Position numbers and translations under genes: made by a program. DNA of 34,324 nt from Bacteroides fragilis (GTDB lineage Bacteria > Bacteroidota > Bacteroidia > Chitinophagales > Chitinophagaceae): assembly GCA_943372905.1 (NCBI GenBank), contig CALSAT010000001.1:1-34324 (forward strand), read 5' to 3'. How positions within the stretch are numbered: the first letter of the stretch is position 1; every line of letters begins with the position of its first letter. Below the pieces are notes generated by a model that was not told the origin of the DNA, made no database searches, and saw only the letters and a list, made by a program, of their open reading frames with translations. This document shows, piece after piece, positions 1-8,926 of this stretch.

Positions 1-2154
1 GTATATACTGAAATCGGTGCTTAATTGCGTTGTCTTGTACTTGGTGTCTCCCAAGCCTCCCAGGTACCTGACCTTGTTTTCCCAGAATACACCTTTTGAA
101 GGCAGCACCCGGTGGTCCCTTGTATCTATCAGTAAATTAACAAGGGCACCAAAATATTTCTGCTTGGTGTTCACCGTTGTGGGATCTAATCCATTCAATG
201 CTGTTTGAGAAATATAACGGACCATATTGAGTTTGTCATCTGCATCCATTTCATAATACTGGAAAGTAGGGCCGAAGCTCAGCATCACTTTGTCTGAAAA
301 GCGCTGGCGCAATAGTAAAGATGCATCGGCAAGATCGTATCGGGCCCGGTAATACCTGAATTGCCCCGGTTTAGTTTTATCATACACGGAATTAATACCA
401 TAGCCAAAGAAGTTGGTAACATTATTCGGTGACTTTATATCAATATCTGTGGTAAGGTCCATTTTCTCACCGATCACTCCGATGAATTCATTGCTGTAGC
501 GAAAGCGGAAAGCACTGGTTGACAAAGAATGGTTGGCAGCAAACGTATGGGAAGATTTATAAGGCTCTTTACGGAAGCCATGACGAATGAGCTTGAATGC
601 TATGCCAAGTGACAACCCATCATCCGGGTTGAACCCTATCGAAAGGCTGGGAGCAAATTTGTTATAATCATAGTAAATACGTTTGAAAGAATTTACTGCA
701 CTGTCATTCGCCATCCTGTTTTTAAATTTCCCGGACAGTTTGTTATTGCCATCCTTTCTGTCGTACACCAAGCCGCTGGTCGCTGATTTATTTGGATTTT
801 CAAAACTGTCCTCGCCGCCGCCACCGATCATCCGCACTTTTATCTTATCATTCGTGCCTTTCATTGCAAATTTGTCTTCCCCGTCAAACCCGTACAGGCG
901 GATCTCTTTGGTGTACATAGCGTCAAATTTCCGCTCATACATTTTTGTAGTTGTTTGTCCCTCCTTATCGATCTTATATACAGTTACAGTGGTGGAGCCA
1001 TCATCGTTGCGGGTGATCTCAAACAACTCTTTTTTATCACTTCCGGTCACATTCACTATTTCACTTAAAAAATGAAAATATTCCAGTGTTTCCTTCAATA
1101 AATAATTACGGCGGGCCTTTAAGGTTTGAATGATCTTGCCGGATGAAATGTCCCTGATCTCGGCAGGTTGCTGAGCCAGTGCTTTTTCAATCACCTGGTC
1201 AGTCATTTGTGAAAGGAATTTTTCAGTGGCCTGCTTCCAGTCTTCTTCATCCATTTCATTTAAAAAGAATCGATCAAGGTTGCGTGCCGCAAAATTAAAC
1301 AGGCGGATACTGTTTGCCTCTTGCTTAAATCCCTCCAGTTGTGGTACAAAAGATCTTCTTTTTGCCAGCCCGGGCAATAATCCCTGGTTAATATAGAAGG
1401 CCTGATCTCTGTCTCTTGGAATAGGAAAAAAGGTTTTGCCTTTCCCATTATCGGTAGCACCCCATTGCCATTGATCTTCGTGCCGGTCCAGGTCCATTAC
1501 AAACATATCCAGTATACGGGCACGGAGCAGCGCCTGCTGGTCCACTCTGTTATCATTATCTTTTTCCAGCTTGTCAGCCACCTCATCTGTATCATACCCC
1601 TTATCTACGCCTTCCGGCAGCCTTTCTTCTAATGTGGCCAGCATATTGGAAAAATCCTTTCGGTACTCTCCCAGTTTAGGATCATCAGGAATATAGATCA
1701 GCTTCACTTTCCCATAAGGCACCCCGGCAGCATCAGCCAGCACCTGCATGGAAAGGCTGGCATAAGGGTAAGAAGCTGAAACCCCATCGGATACCAGGTC
1801 TGCGGCAGCTTCGCTTTGCAGGTCACCTGGCAATGTTTTATCCGTAATAAATTTCTGAATGGACCGGATGGTATATTGTCTGCCGCTGGCATCCTCCAGG
1901 CGCAGCGACTTTGTCTGTTTCCCACCACCCTTTTTTACGGGCGTCAACCCTCCTTTTTCAGTAGCCAGGTTTATTACAGGAGCTTTTACCGGAGTGTTCC
2001 ATTCTTTACGGTAGTTGGTTCCCATCCAGAAGGTCCTGGAAGATTTCATATTAAAGGTGGAGCCTTTAACAGCGGCAGAATCCTTTCCGGGCTGAGCAAA
2101 AGCGGATGGTACGCAGAACAGGGAACATACCACCAGTAAGGTTAATAATCTCAT
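1..2154 (-). CDS. Omp85/BamA-TamA-family outer membrane protein with N-terminal kinase-like domain; 3' end runs off the window; paralog of 2503..6159 without the phosphoesterase domain
   Basis: Missing from the ORF track. Manual translation from ATG at 2154 gives signal peptide MRLLTLLVVCSLFCVPSAFAQ, then FWMGTNYRKEW, KGGGKQTKSLRL, LLRARILDMFVMDLDRHEDQW, PIPRDRDQAF, KEIRLYGFDGED, GFNPDDG, NFFGYG and DTRDHRVLPSKG. These are collinear with the 1218-aa neighbour, and the frame stays open to position 1. Confidence 0.9.
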   Translation of the reverse strand, partial: MRLLTLLVVCSLFCVPSAFAQPGKDSAAVKGSTFNMKSSRTFWMGTNYRKEWNTPVKAPVINLATEKGGLTPVKKGGGKQTKSLRLEDASGRQYTIRSIQKFITDKTLPGDLQSEAAADLVSDGVSASYPYASLSMQVLADAAGVPYGKVKLIYIPDDPKLGEYRKDFSNMLATLEERLPEGVDKGYDTDEVADKLEKDNDNRVDQQALLRARILDMFVMDLDRHEDQWQWGATDNGKGKTFFPIPRDRDQAFYINQGLLPGLAKRRSFVPQLEGFKQEANSIRLFNFAARNLDRFFLNEMDEEDWKQATEKFLSQMTDQVIEKALAQQPAEIRDISSGKIIQTLKARRNYLLKETLEYFHFLSEIVNVTGSDKKELFEITRNDDGSTTVTVYKIDKEGQTTTKMYERKFDAMYTKEIRLYGFDGEDKFAMKGTNDKIKVRMIGGGGEDSFENPNKSATSGLVYDRKDGNNKLSGKFKNRMANDSAVNSFKRIYYDYNKFAPSLSIGFNPDDGLSLGIAFKLIRHGFRKEPYKSSHTFAANHSLSTSAFRFRYSNEFIGVIGEKMDLTTDIDIKSPNNVTNFFGYGINSVYDKTKPGQFRYYRARYDLADASLLLRQRFSDKVMLSFGPTFQYYEMDADDKLNMVRYISQTALNGLDPTTVNTKQKYFGALVNLLIDTRDHRVLPSKGVFWENKVRYLGGLGDTKYKTTQLSTDFSIY

Positions 2155-2210
2155 GGTTGAGGGTTTAGACAGTTAATTGTTATGGTTGCAGTTGGTCTTA
2201 ATTCCAAAAG

Positions 2211-2234
2211 ATACGTTTTTTTTAAAAAACGTAT
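2211..2234. promoter_or_regulatory. Perfect inverted repeat in the divergent intergenic region (candidate operator)
   Basis: ATACGTTTTTT-TT-AAAAAACGTAT has 11-bp arms. It overlaps a minus-strand TATCTTTTG that resembles the Bacteroidota -7 element TAnnTTTG. Confidence 0.35.
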
Positions 2235-2502
2235 AAAATAGAATTAAACAAAGATATGATAGCCACAACACTGACCTATACCGCATAAGGGGTATTTATG
2301 TCTGTTATATTAGGCGCAAAGTCACATTTTTAGCCCCTGTCAGTCATTCGGCAGAAACTTTTGTGTAAATTGGAAACTTTATTTAGCCAGTCTCTGTTAT
2401 AAGACCGGCATACCGGGATACTTTTTCAGCCATCGGCATGATATACTGCATTTTCGGTTACGGTTTTTGATTTATTAAACTGCATTTTTTAAGAAGGGGT
2501 TC

Positions 2503-5500
2503 ATGAAAAAAACTTTTGTTCTGACCGTATTGTGCCTGTTTTCACACCTGGCTATTATTGCACAGGAAGACACGATCAGTCAGCGTATCATTCTGATCGG
2601 CGATGCCGGCCAGCTTACCAATGGACGCCACCCCGTTGTGGATGCAGTTCGAAAAAATATTACCCTCGATAATAAAACCACGGTTCTTTTTTTGGGCGAT
2701 AACCTGTATAAAAACGGATTGCCTGACGACCAGTTTAAAGAGTATTTTAATACCTCCAGGGCCATACTTGATTCACAGCTTTCCGTAGCAGATGGCACCC
2801 CCGCCAAAGTATTTATGATCCCTGGTAACCATGACTGGGAAAATGGGGGCCGCGGTGGTTTCGATGCCATTATCCGGCAGCAATTGTATGTTGATTTTCT
2901 TGGCAAACCTAACGTTAAGTATTACCCCGAAGATGGTTGTCCGGGTCCGGTAGAAGTGTTATTAGGAAAAGACAGCAGTGTAGCGGTGATCATGTTCGAC
3001 AGTCAGTGGTGGCTGCACCCCTATGATAAACCGGAAATTGAATCTGACTGCCCTTCCAAAACAAAAGATGAGCTGGTAACTCAGATCGCTGATCTGCTGG
3101 CCCGCAATTCCAAACGCCTCGTGATACTGGCCTGTCATCACCCGTTCGAAAGCAATGGCATGCATGGTGGCTATTACACCCTGAAGCAGCATATTTTTCC
3201 TTTTACTGATATTAAAAAAAGCCTGTACATCCCCCTGCCGGTACTTGGCTCCATCTATCCCATTGCCCGCAGTGTATTTGGCACCCCCCAGGATATCAAA
3301 CATCCCAACTATACCAACATGATACAGGAGATCACCAATGTGGTGAAAACATCTTCCACCAATGTGGTATTTGTATCAGGTCATGATCATAACCTTCAAT
3401 ACATAAAAAAGAACGGGTTTGACTACATCGTAAGTGGTGGCGGCTGCAAGCAAAACCGAACCTCCAAAAGCAGCAACAGTCTTTTCAATTCCACCGCCAC
3501 CGGTTTTTCGGTGATGGAAGTATCGAAGAATAAAAACGTAAATGTCACTTTCTATACCGTAACCGATACCAGCTTTCAAAAAGCTTTTTCCTCTTCCATG
3601 CTTAATTTTTCGAAAATTGCTGATACCACAACGGCAGCCGTTATTGAAAAATATGTTTCCAAATACCAGGATACAGTTACGATTGCAGCCCGTAAGGATC
3701 TTTCCCCGATCAGGGGCTTAAAACGATTCTTCATGGGGCAGAATTACCGCCATGAATGGTCCACGCCTGTCAATATGAGGGTATTTAACATCGGCGAAGA
3801 AAAGGGCGGCTTGAAGATCATCAGCCTGGGCGGGGGAAAGCAAACCAAGACTCTGCAACTGACTGATAAAAAAGGAAAAGAATGGATACTGCGCAGTATG
3901 GTTAAAAATACGGCAAGTGTAATACCGGATATTTACCGAAGTGATCTGGCACATGACCTTGTAACTGAACTCAGTTCTGCCTCACATCCCTACGCTTCGC
4001 TTATCCTGCCGGAACTGGCAAAACCACTACGCATTTCGGTACCACACCCGGAATTGTTTTTTGTACCTGACGATCCGGCACTTGGCATTTACCGGCCTCT
4101 TTTTGCCAATACTGTTTGTATGCTGGAAGAAAAAGAGCCGTCTTTTGACGGATCAAACACCAAGACCACCGCCAAAGCCTTTAATAAAATGCTGGAGGAA
4201 AACGATCACCGTCCCGACCAGGAAGCAGTATTAAGGGCCAGGTTACTCGATATCATATTAGGTGATTTTGACCGCCACTTTGATCAGTGGAAATGGGGTA
4301 ACAGAGATACAGGAAAAGGGAAAATCTATTACCCGATACCAAGAGATCGTGACCAGGCATTGTTTCGTTCGGATGGGTTTTTACTCAAAGCTGTCAGCGG
4401 CAGAGCATTGCCTTTTTTAAAAGGGCTGAGAAACGATATTCCAAAAGTGAATTGGCTTGGTTACACCGCCAGAGATTTCGACCGTTTTTTTCTGACAGCA
4501 CTGAATGCTGACGAATGGAAGAAAACAATTACAGAAGTGCAGGAAAGCCTGACCGATTCCGTTATCGCAAGGGCTATGAGCAAGATGCCTCCGGAAATAA
4601 AATCTTTTCATAGCGATAAGATCATCCGTAAAATGATGAACCGCAGGAATCTCTTGTCCACGGAAGCACTTACTTACTACCGCTTCATTTCTAAAAAAGT
4701 GAATGTGGTGGGTAGTAACATGAAGGAATATTTCAAAGTAACAAATCATGAGAACGGACTGCAGGTAAAGGTATATGCCCGTCAAAAAGGAAATGACACC
4801 AGCTTTATCATGTACAACCGGGTGTTTGACCCTTCCGTTACCAAAGAGATACGCCTGTTTGGCCTGCACGATGACGATGTGTTTGAAATAGACGAGCAGG
4901 CTGCATCCCGCATCAAGATCCGTATTATCGGTGGAAAAGGATATGACACATTTAATATAAAAGGGCAGACTGAAGCTATTCTTTATGACCAGAAAGACGG
5001 TGGCAATGTGATACTCAACAGCAGCCGTGCAAAAAACCGGTTTTCCATTGATGCACCTGCCAATGATAAAAGCATTGTAGGGTTCAACTATAATACCACT
5101 AAACTGCCACAGCTTTTATTTGGATACAATTCAGATGATGGCTATTTAATAGGAGCAGGAATTTCCCGCAGAACGTATGGCTTCCGAAACCTGCCCTATG
5201 CCACTGACCAGCAATTCTCTGTACTGTATGCTCCAACTCATAGAGCGGTTCAGATGCGCTACCGCGGAGAGTTCAACCATGTCACCAGGAACATAGACGT
5301 TTTGGTAAATGCAGATTTTTCTTCTCCTGCATTGAAGAACTTTTTTGGCCTTGGAAACAATACCGTTCCGCAGGAAGGAAAAGAAGCCAATTATTATCAA
5401 ACCAGGTACAAGACCATTGAAGCAGAACTTCTCATCCGCAAGCGGCTTTTTGAAAAATTGCATTTCATGGTGGGACCTTACTTTTTTAATTACCAGAACC

Positions 5501-6159
5501 GCTACGTTGATAATGCCTCCAATGTTCTTGGCAGGCCATCGCAGTTGGGTCTCGATTCTGCCCGCATCTTTTCCAATAAATCTTACGTTGGAGGTAGAGC
5601 CGTAATGCGACTGGACAACCGTAATAATGAAGTGTTTCCCACCCGTGGTATGCTTTGGAATAACCAGTTTACTGCTGCTGCAGGCATGGGTAAAGGCACT
5701 AAAAGCTACGCCACCTTTACCTCTGACATGGTCTTATATGCCAGTCTCAGCGACCCTGCCAGGGTAGTGGCCGTACTGAAGTTTGGTGGCGGACGACTCT
5801 TCAATAAAAACTATGAGTTTTTCCAGGCCATGAATTTCGGAGCAAATAATAACCTGGCAGGATTCAGAAAGAACCGGTACGCCGGCACTTCCATGCTTTA
5901 TACCGGCATAGAAATGAAAATTAAATTACTGGATGTCAACTCTTATATATTACCAGGCCCTATAGGCATCACCACTTTCTATAATGCCGGCCGGGTATGG
6001 CACTCTTCAGACAATGGGGGAAGCTGGCATGGAGCGTATGGATTTGGCTTCTATTACAATCCGCTGAATCTTTTTTCCATTACCGCCAGTGCCGGCTTTT
6101 TTGAAAAAGAAAGGATCTATAACATCACTATCGGTACAAAGATCAATCTTACTTACTAA
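2503..6159 (+). CDS. Metallophosphoesterase (purple acid phosphatase-type) + kinase-like domain + Omp85/BamA-TamA beta-barrel outer membrane protein
   Basis: Signal peptide; metal-binding blocks GDAG, GDNLY, GNHD, ACHHP and GHDH; central GGGKQT / GDFDRHFDQW / PIPRDRDQ; C-terminal barrel with DNRNNEVFPTRG, LAGFRKNRY (position of the VRGF loop) and terminal aromatic Y. Confidence 0.9.
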   Translation: MKKTFVLTVLCLFSHLAIIAQEDTISQRIILIGDAGQLTNGRHPVVDAVRKNITLDNKTTVLFLGDNLYKNGLPDDQFKEYFNTSRAILDSQLSVADGTPAKVFMIPGNHDWENGGRGGFDAIIRQQLYVDFLGKPNVKYYPEDGCPGPVEVLLGKDSSVAVIMFDSQWWLHPYDKPEIESDCPSKTKDELVTQIADLLARNSKRLVILACHHPFESNGMHGGYYTLKQHIFPFTDIKKSLYIPLPVLGSIYPIARSVFGTPQDIKHPNYTNMIQEITNVVKTSSTNVVFVSGHDHNLQYIKKNGFDYIVSGGGCKQNRTSKSSNSLFNSTATGFSVMEVSKNKNVNVTFYTVTDTSFQKAFSSSMLNFSKIADTTTAAVIEKYVSKYQDTVTIAARKDLSPIRGLKRFFMGQNYRHEWSTPVNMRVFNIGEEKGGLKIISLGGGKQTKTLQLTDKKGKEWILRSMVKNTASVIPDIYRSDLAHDLVTELSSASHPYASLILPELAKPLRISVPHPELFFVPDDPALGIYRPLFANTVCMLEEKEPSFDGSNTKTTAKAFNKMLEENDHRPDQEAVLRARLLDIILGDFDRHFDQWKWGNRDTGKGKIYYPIPRDRDQALFRSDGFLLKAVSGRALPFLKGLRNDIPKVNWLGYTARDFDRFFLTALNADEWKKTITEVQESLTDSVIARAMSKMPPEIKSFHSDKIIRKMMNRRNLLSTEALTYYRFISKKVNVVGSNMKEYFKVTNHENGLQVKVYARQKGNDTSFIMYNRVFDPSVTKEIRLFGLHDDDVFEIDEQAASRIKIRIIGGKGYDTFNIKGQTEAILYDQKDGGNVILNSSRAKNRFSIDAPANDKSIVGFNYNTTKLPQLLFGYNSDDGYLIGAGISRRTYGFRNLPYATDQQFSVLYAPTHRAVQMRYRGEFNHVTRNIDVLVNADFSSPALKNFFGLGNNTVPQEGKEANYYQTRYKTIEAELLIRKRLFEKLHFMVGPYFFNYQNRYVDNASNVLGRPSQLGLDSARIFSNKSYVGGRAVMRLDNRNNEVFPTRGMLWNNQFTAAAGMGKGTKSYATFTSDMVLYASLSDPARVVAVLKFGGGRLFNKNYEFFQAMNFGANNNLAGFRKNRYAGTSMLYTGIEMKIKLLDVNSYILPGPIGITTFYNAGRVWHSSDNGGSWHGAYGFGFYYNPLNLFSITASAGFFEKERIYNITIGTKINLTY

Positions 6160-6229
6160 TCCGGCTTCTGTGTAAAAGAACCATATTACGCAGTTTAAAG
6201 GTTACCTTGTATTTATATCAAAAAGGAGC

Positions 6230-7333
6230 ATGTCCGTTTCTAATATAGTATTACCCCGCCGTTCCGCAGTCAAGAAAAATGAAGTGAAACTCATACTGGT
6301 CATTGCCATATCCTGGACCATTATCGATTTTCTTATTTTCATCATACGGTTTGCAACAGAAACTTACACACCAAAGTACGAAAGTACCAATGCAGGAGCT
6401 GCCAAAACTATCTTGTTAAGAGAATTGAATGTTTTCATTTTCAGTCTTATCATCGGATACTTTCTTATATCTGTATTGCGCAATTTTTTGCGGTACACTT
6501 CTCCCTGGTTAAACCTGCTCATCAAAACGCTTCTCCTTGTCACAGTGGCCATCGTAATGAATTTCTTTATTTATTTTACTTATAGCCTCCTGATTGAGCA
6601 ACAGCCGCTTTCTGATGCTTTTACAAAATTTATTGAAAATACCTTCCGCAGAAAATGGTTACTCGAGAAAATGCCGGAATGGGTATTGCTTTTTATTCTT
6701 ACGCAATTGGCGTTAGAGATCAATAACAAATATTCACAGGGTGTTTTCTTCAATATTATTGTAGGTAAATACCTGCAACCCAAAGAAGAGAATCGCATCA
6801 TCATGTTTATTGACTTGAAGAATTCAACTCCTATAGCAGAAAAGCTGGGACATAAAGAATACTTTAAATTCATACGGGATGTGATCTATTGTATGGCAGC
6901 AGGCATAGCTGAATATGACGGCCGTGTATATCAATATGTAGGAGATGAAATAGTGGCCTGGTGGCCGGCTACCCGGGCCAATGCCCGAAAATGTATGCAC
7001 TCCATCATTGAAGCAAGAAAGATCTTGAATATGAACGCCGATGTGTTCCGAAGGGGATACGACATTACACCAGAATACAAAGTGGGTATACATGCGGGCA
7101 ATGTAACGGTAGGCCAGGTAGGCATTGCCAAAAAAGACCTCGTTATGAGCGGCGATACCATCAATACTGCATCCCGCATCAGAAGCGCCTGCACAGAATT
7201 GAATCAGAAGTTTGTTGTCTCCAAAGAAATGATTGATCTGCTCGGTATGGAAAACTGGCAGAGTGAGAACCTCGGTATAGTTGACCTGAAAGGAAAAGGG
7301 CAGGGCATTGAACTTTTTGCTTTAAGAATTTAA
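6230..7333 (+). CDS. Membrane-anchored class III nucleotidyl (adenylate/guanylate-type) cyclase
   Basis: About 4 N-terminal TM helices; MFIDLKNST (metal Asp), YQYVGDE (second Asp), VGIHAG, GDTINTASR (Asn/Arg) and LKGK. Confidence 0.9.
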   Translation: MSVSNIVLPRRSAVKKNEVKLILVIAISWTIIDFLIFIIRFATETYTPKYESTNAGAAKTILLRELNVFIFSLIIGYFLISVLRNFLRYTSPWLNLLIKTLLLVTVAIVMNFFIYFTYSLLIEQQPLSDAFTKFIENTFRRKWLLEKMPEWVLLFILTQLALEINNKYSQGVFFNIIVGKYLQPKEENRIIMFIDLKNSTPIAEKLGHKEYFKFIRDVIYCMAAGIAEYDGRVYQYVGDEIVAWWPATRANARKCMHSIIEARKILNMNADVFRRGYDITPEYKVGIHAGNVTVGQVGIAKKDLVMSGDTINTASRIRSACTELNQKFVVSKEMIDLLGMENWQSENLGIVDLKGKGQGIELFALRI

Positions 7334-7357
7334 CCTAACTTCCCTTCCTGTGGTACC

Positions 7358-8032
7358 ATGAGAAAAAAAAATATCCCGTTATATATTAAAGACAGAAAGA
7401 CCCTGTTACTTATACCGGCAACGGGATTGTTGGCCTTTTCAGCATTTACCGCCTTTAGCGGTTCGGCCGATAATTTTGATGCAGATATCTTCACTTTAAT
7501 TTCCCCTTACATTACGGAAAGCCGCACCAGGGTAATGAAATTCATAACCTTTTATGGAAATCATAGCTTCCTGGTTCCGGCCAACATTGCACTTATCCTC
7601 TTCTTCATAATCAAACGAAGGAGGTGGCTGGCCATCACTACAGGTGCAGTGGCCCTGAGCAGCCTTGGGTTAATGACCTTGCTAAAAAATCTTACCCAGC
7701 GAAACCGGCCACCTGATCCGTTGGTGGAGGGTATTACTAATTTCAGCTTTCCCAGTGGCCATGCCTTCATGAGTGTAGCTTTTTATGGCTTACTGATGTG
7801 GCTTACTGTAAACTATACACCTGACAAATGGAAGCAGTATCTTGTCAATAGTTTCCTGTTACTGATCATACTGGTCATTGGTTTCAGCCGTATATACTTG
7901 CGGGTACATTACACCAGTGATGTAATAGCCGGTTATTGTGCCGGCAGCTTATGGCTGATGCTGGTAATTGCATTGATGGAAAAGATTCAACTCCGTAATA
8001 CAAGCGATATTCAAAATGATCAGGGCTTATAA
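7358..8032 (+). CDS. PAP2-family membrane phosphatase
   Basis: KNLTQRNRP, SFPSGH and SRIYLRVHYTSDV motifs; multiple TM segments. Confidence 0.92.
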   Translation: MRKKNIPLYIKDRKTLLLIPATGLLAFSAFTAFSGSADNFDADIFTLISPYITESRTRVMKFITFYGNHSFLVPANIALILFFIIKRRRWLAITTGAVALSSLGLMTLLKNLTQRNRPPDPLVEGITNFSFPSGHAFMSVAFYGLLMWLTVNYTPDKWKQYLVNSFLLLIILVIGFSRIYLRVHYTSDVIAGYCAGSLWLMLVIALMEKIQLRNTSDIQNDQGL

Positions 8033-8883
8033 ACAAAGCGATGAATGGTGGCTTTGCCTGTAAGTGCTTCATTAGAAATATACATATCCCCCCCGCTCTT
8101 AAAAGTAAGACCCTCCGGTTGTGGAAACAGTTTCTTTCCCAGCTCAAAAACAGATTCTACCTTCCCATTTAAATCAGCGATTACAAGTGTATTAGCAGCT
8201 GAGGAGATAATGAATAATTTCTTCAATACCGGATGGATAGCCGCTGCCGATGGTTGAAGTTTAGATGTTTTATGCGGGGATAGCTTTTCTACTTCCGCTG
8301 CATCAATTGTATAAACAGGATCATTTAAAAACCCTATTGAATCTGGATAAAAAGCAAAAGCACTCACCTTCTGCTTATTGTCCATGTCACAATTCTTGCA
8401 TATAATGATCAATGCCTTGCGGGCCGTATCAGCATACATGGTTTCAAAATCATTGGTTCCGGTGATACCGAGCTTACCTGCTTCCACACCTCTTACCCCT
8501 GTGCTGTCCCTGATTACTTTGTAAATAGTGCCATTGCTTTCCAGCATATAGGCATCGCCATTGTAAATGGCCACATCTTCGAAATCACCTTTCCCTACCA
8601 CTTTAAAAGGTGAAGGTGGTTTTATCTGCAAAGAAGATTTATCCAGCAGGAACAGTTGCCCGGCTTCATCATAATGCGCCAGAAACTCATCTCTTTCAGA
8701 ATCCCAGGCCAACCCGGAAATTTCTTTCAGCCGCAGGTCTATCTTCATTGTTTGAACCTCTGAAAAATTATAATGAGGAGGTGATTTAATAACTTTTGGC
8801 TTAGGCGGCTTACAACCAGAAAGTAAAAAGGTAGTCAGTAAGAATATCAACCCTGTTTTACTGGTAAAATTTAAAAAAGTCAT
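8020..8883 (-). CDS. SdiA-regulated/YjiK-like beta-propeller lipoprotein
   Basis: ATG at 8883 preferred over the track start at 8910; lipobox LLSGC; propeller blades EISGLAW, GDFEDVA, QPSAAAIHP and QPEGLTF...YISNE. Its 3' end overlaps the PAP2 3' end by 13 bp. Confidence 0.8.
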   Translation of the reverse strand: MTFLNFTSKTGLIFLLTTFLLSGCKPPKPKVIKSPPHYNFSEVQTMKIDLRLKEISGLAWDSERDEFLAHYDEAGQLFLLDKSSLQIKPPSPFKVVGKGDFEDVAIYNGDAYMLESNGTIYKVIRDSTGVRGVEAGKLGITGTNDFETMYADTARKALIIICKNCDMDNKQKVSAFAFYPDSIGFLNDPVYTIDAAEVEKLSPHKTSKLQPSAAAIHPVLKKLFIISSAANTLVIADLNGKVESVFELGKKLFPQPEGLTFKSGGDMYISNEALTGKATIHRFVYKP

Positions 8884-8926
8884 TCTTCTTATTTTGTTTA
8901 AATTTATCAAAAGTTATCTTTATAGC

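Noticed and set aside
17-2139. Short track ORFs at 17, 683, 1260, 1704 and 1816
   Set aside because: They are shadows of the long minus-strand ORF 2154 to <1, which the track missed because its stop lies outside the window.
2300-2348. Pho-box-like CTGTTAT / GTCAC / CTGTCA words in the divergent promoter region
   Set aside because: They lack the 11-bp periodicity expected of PhoB boxes.
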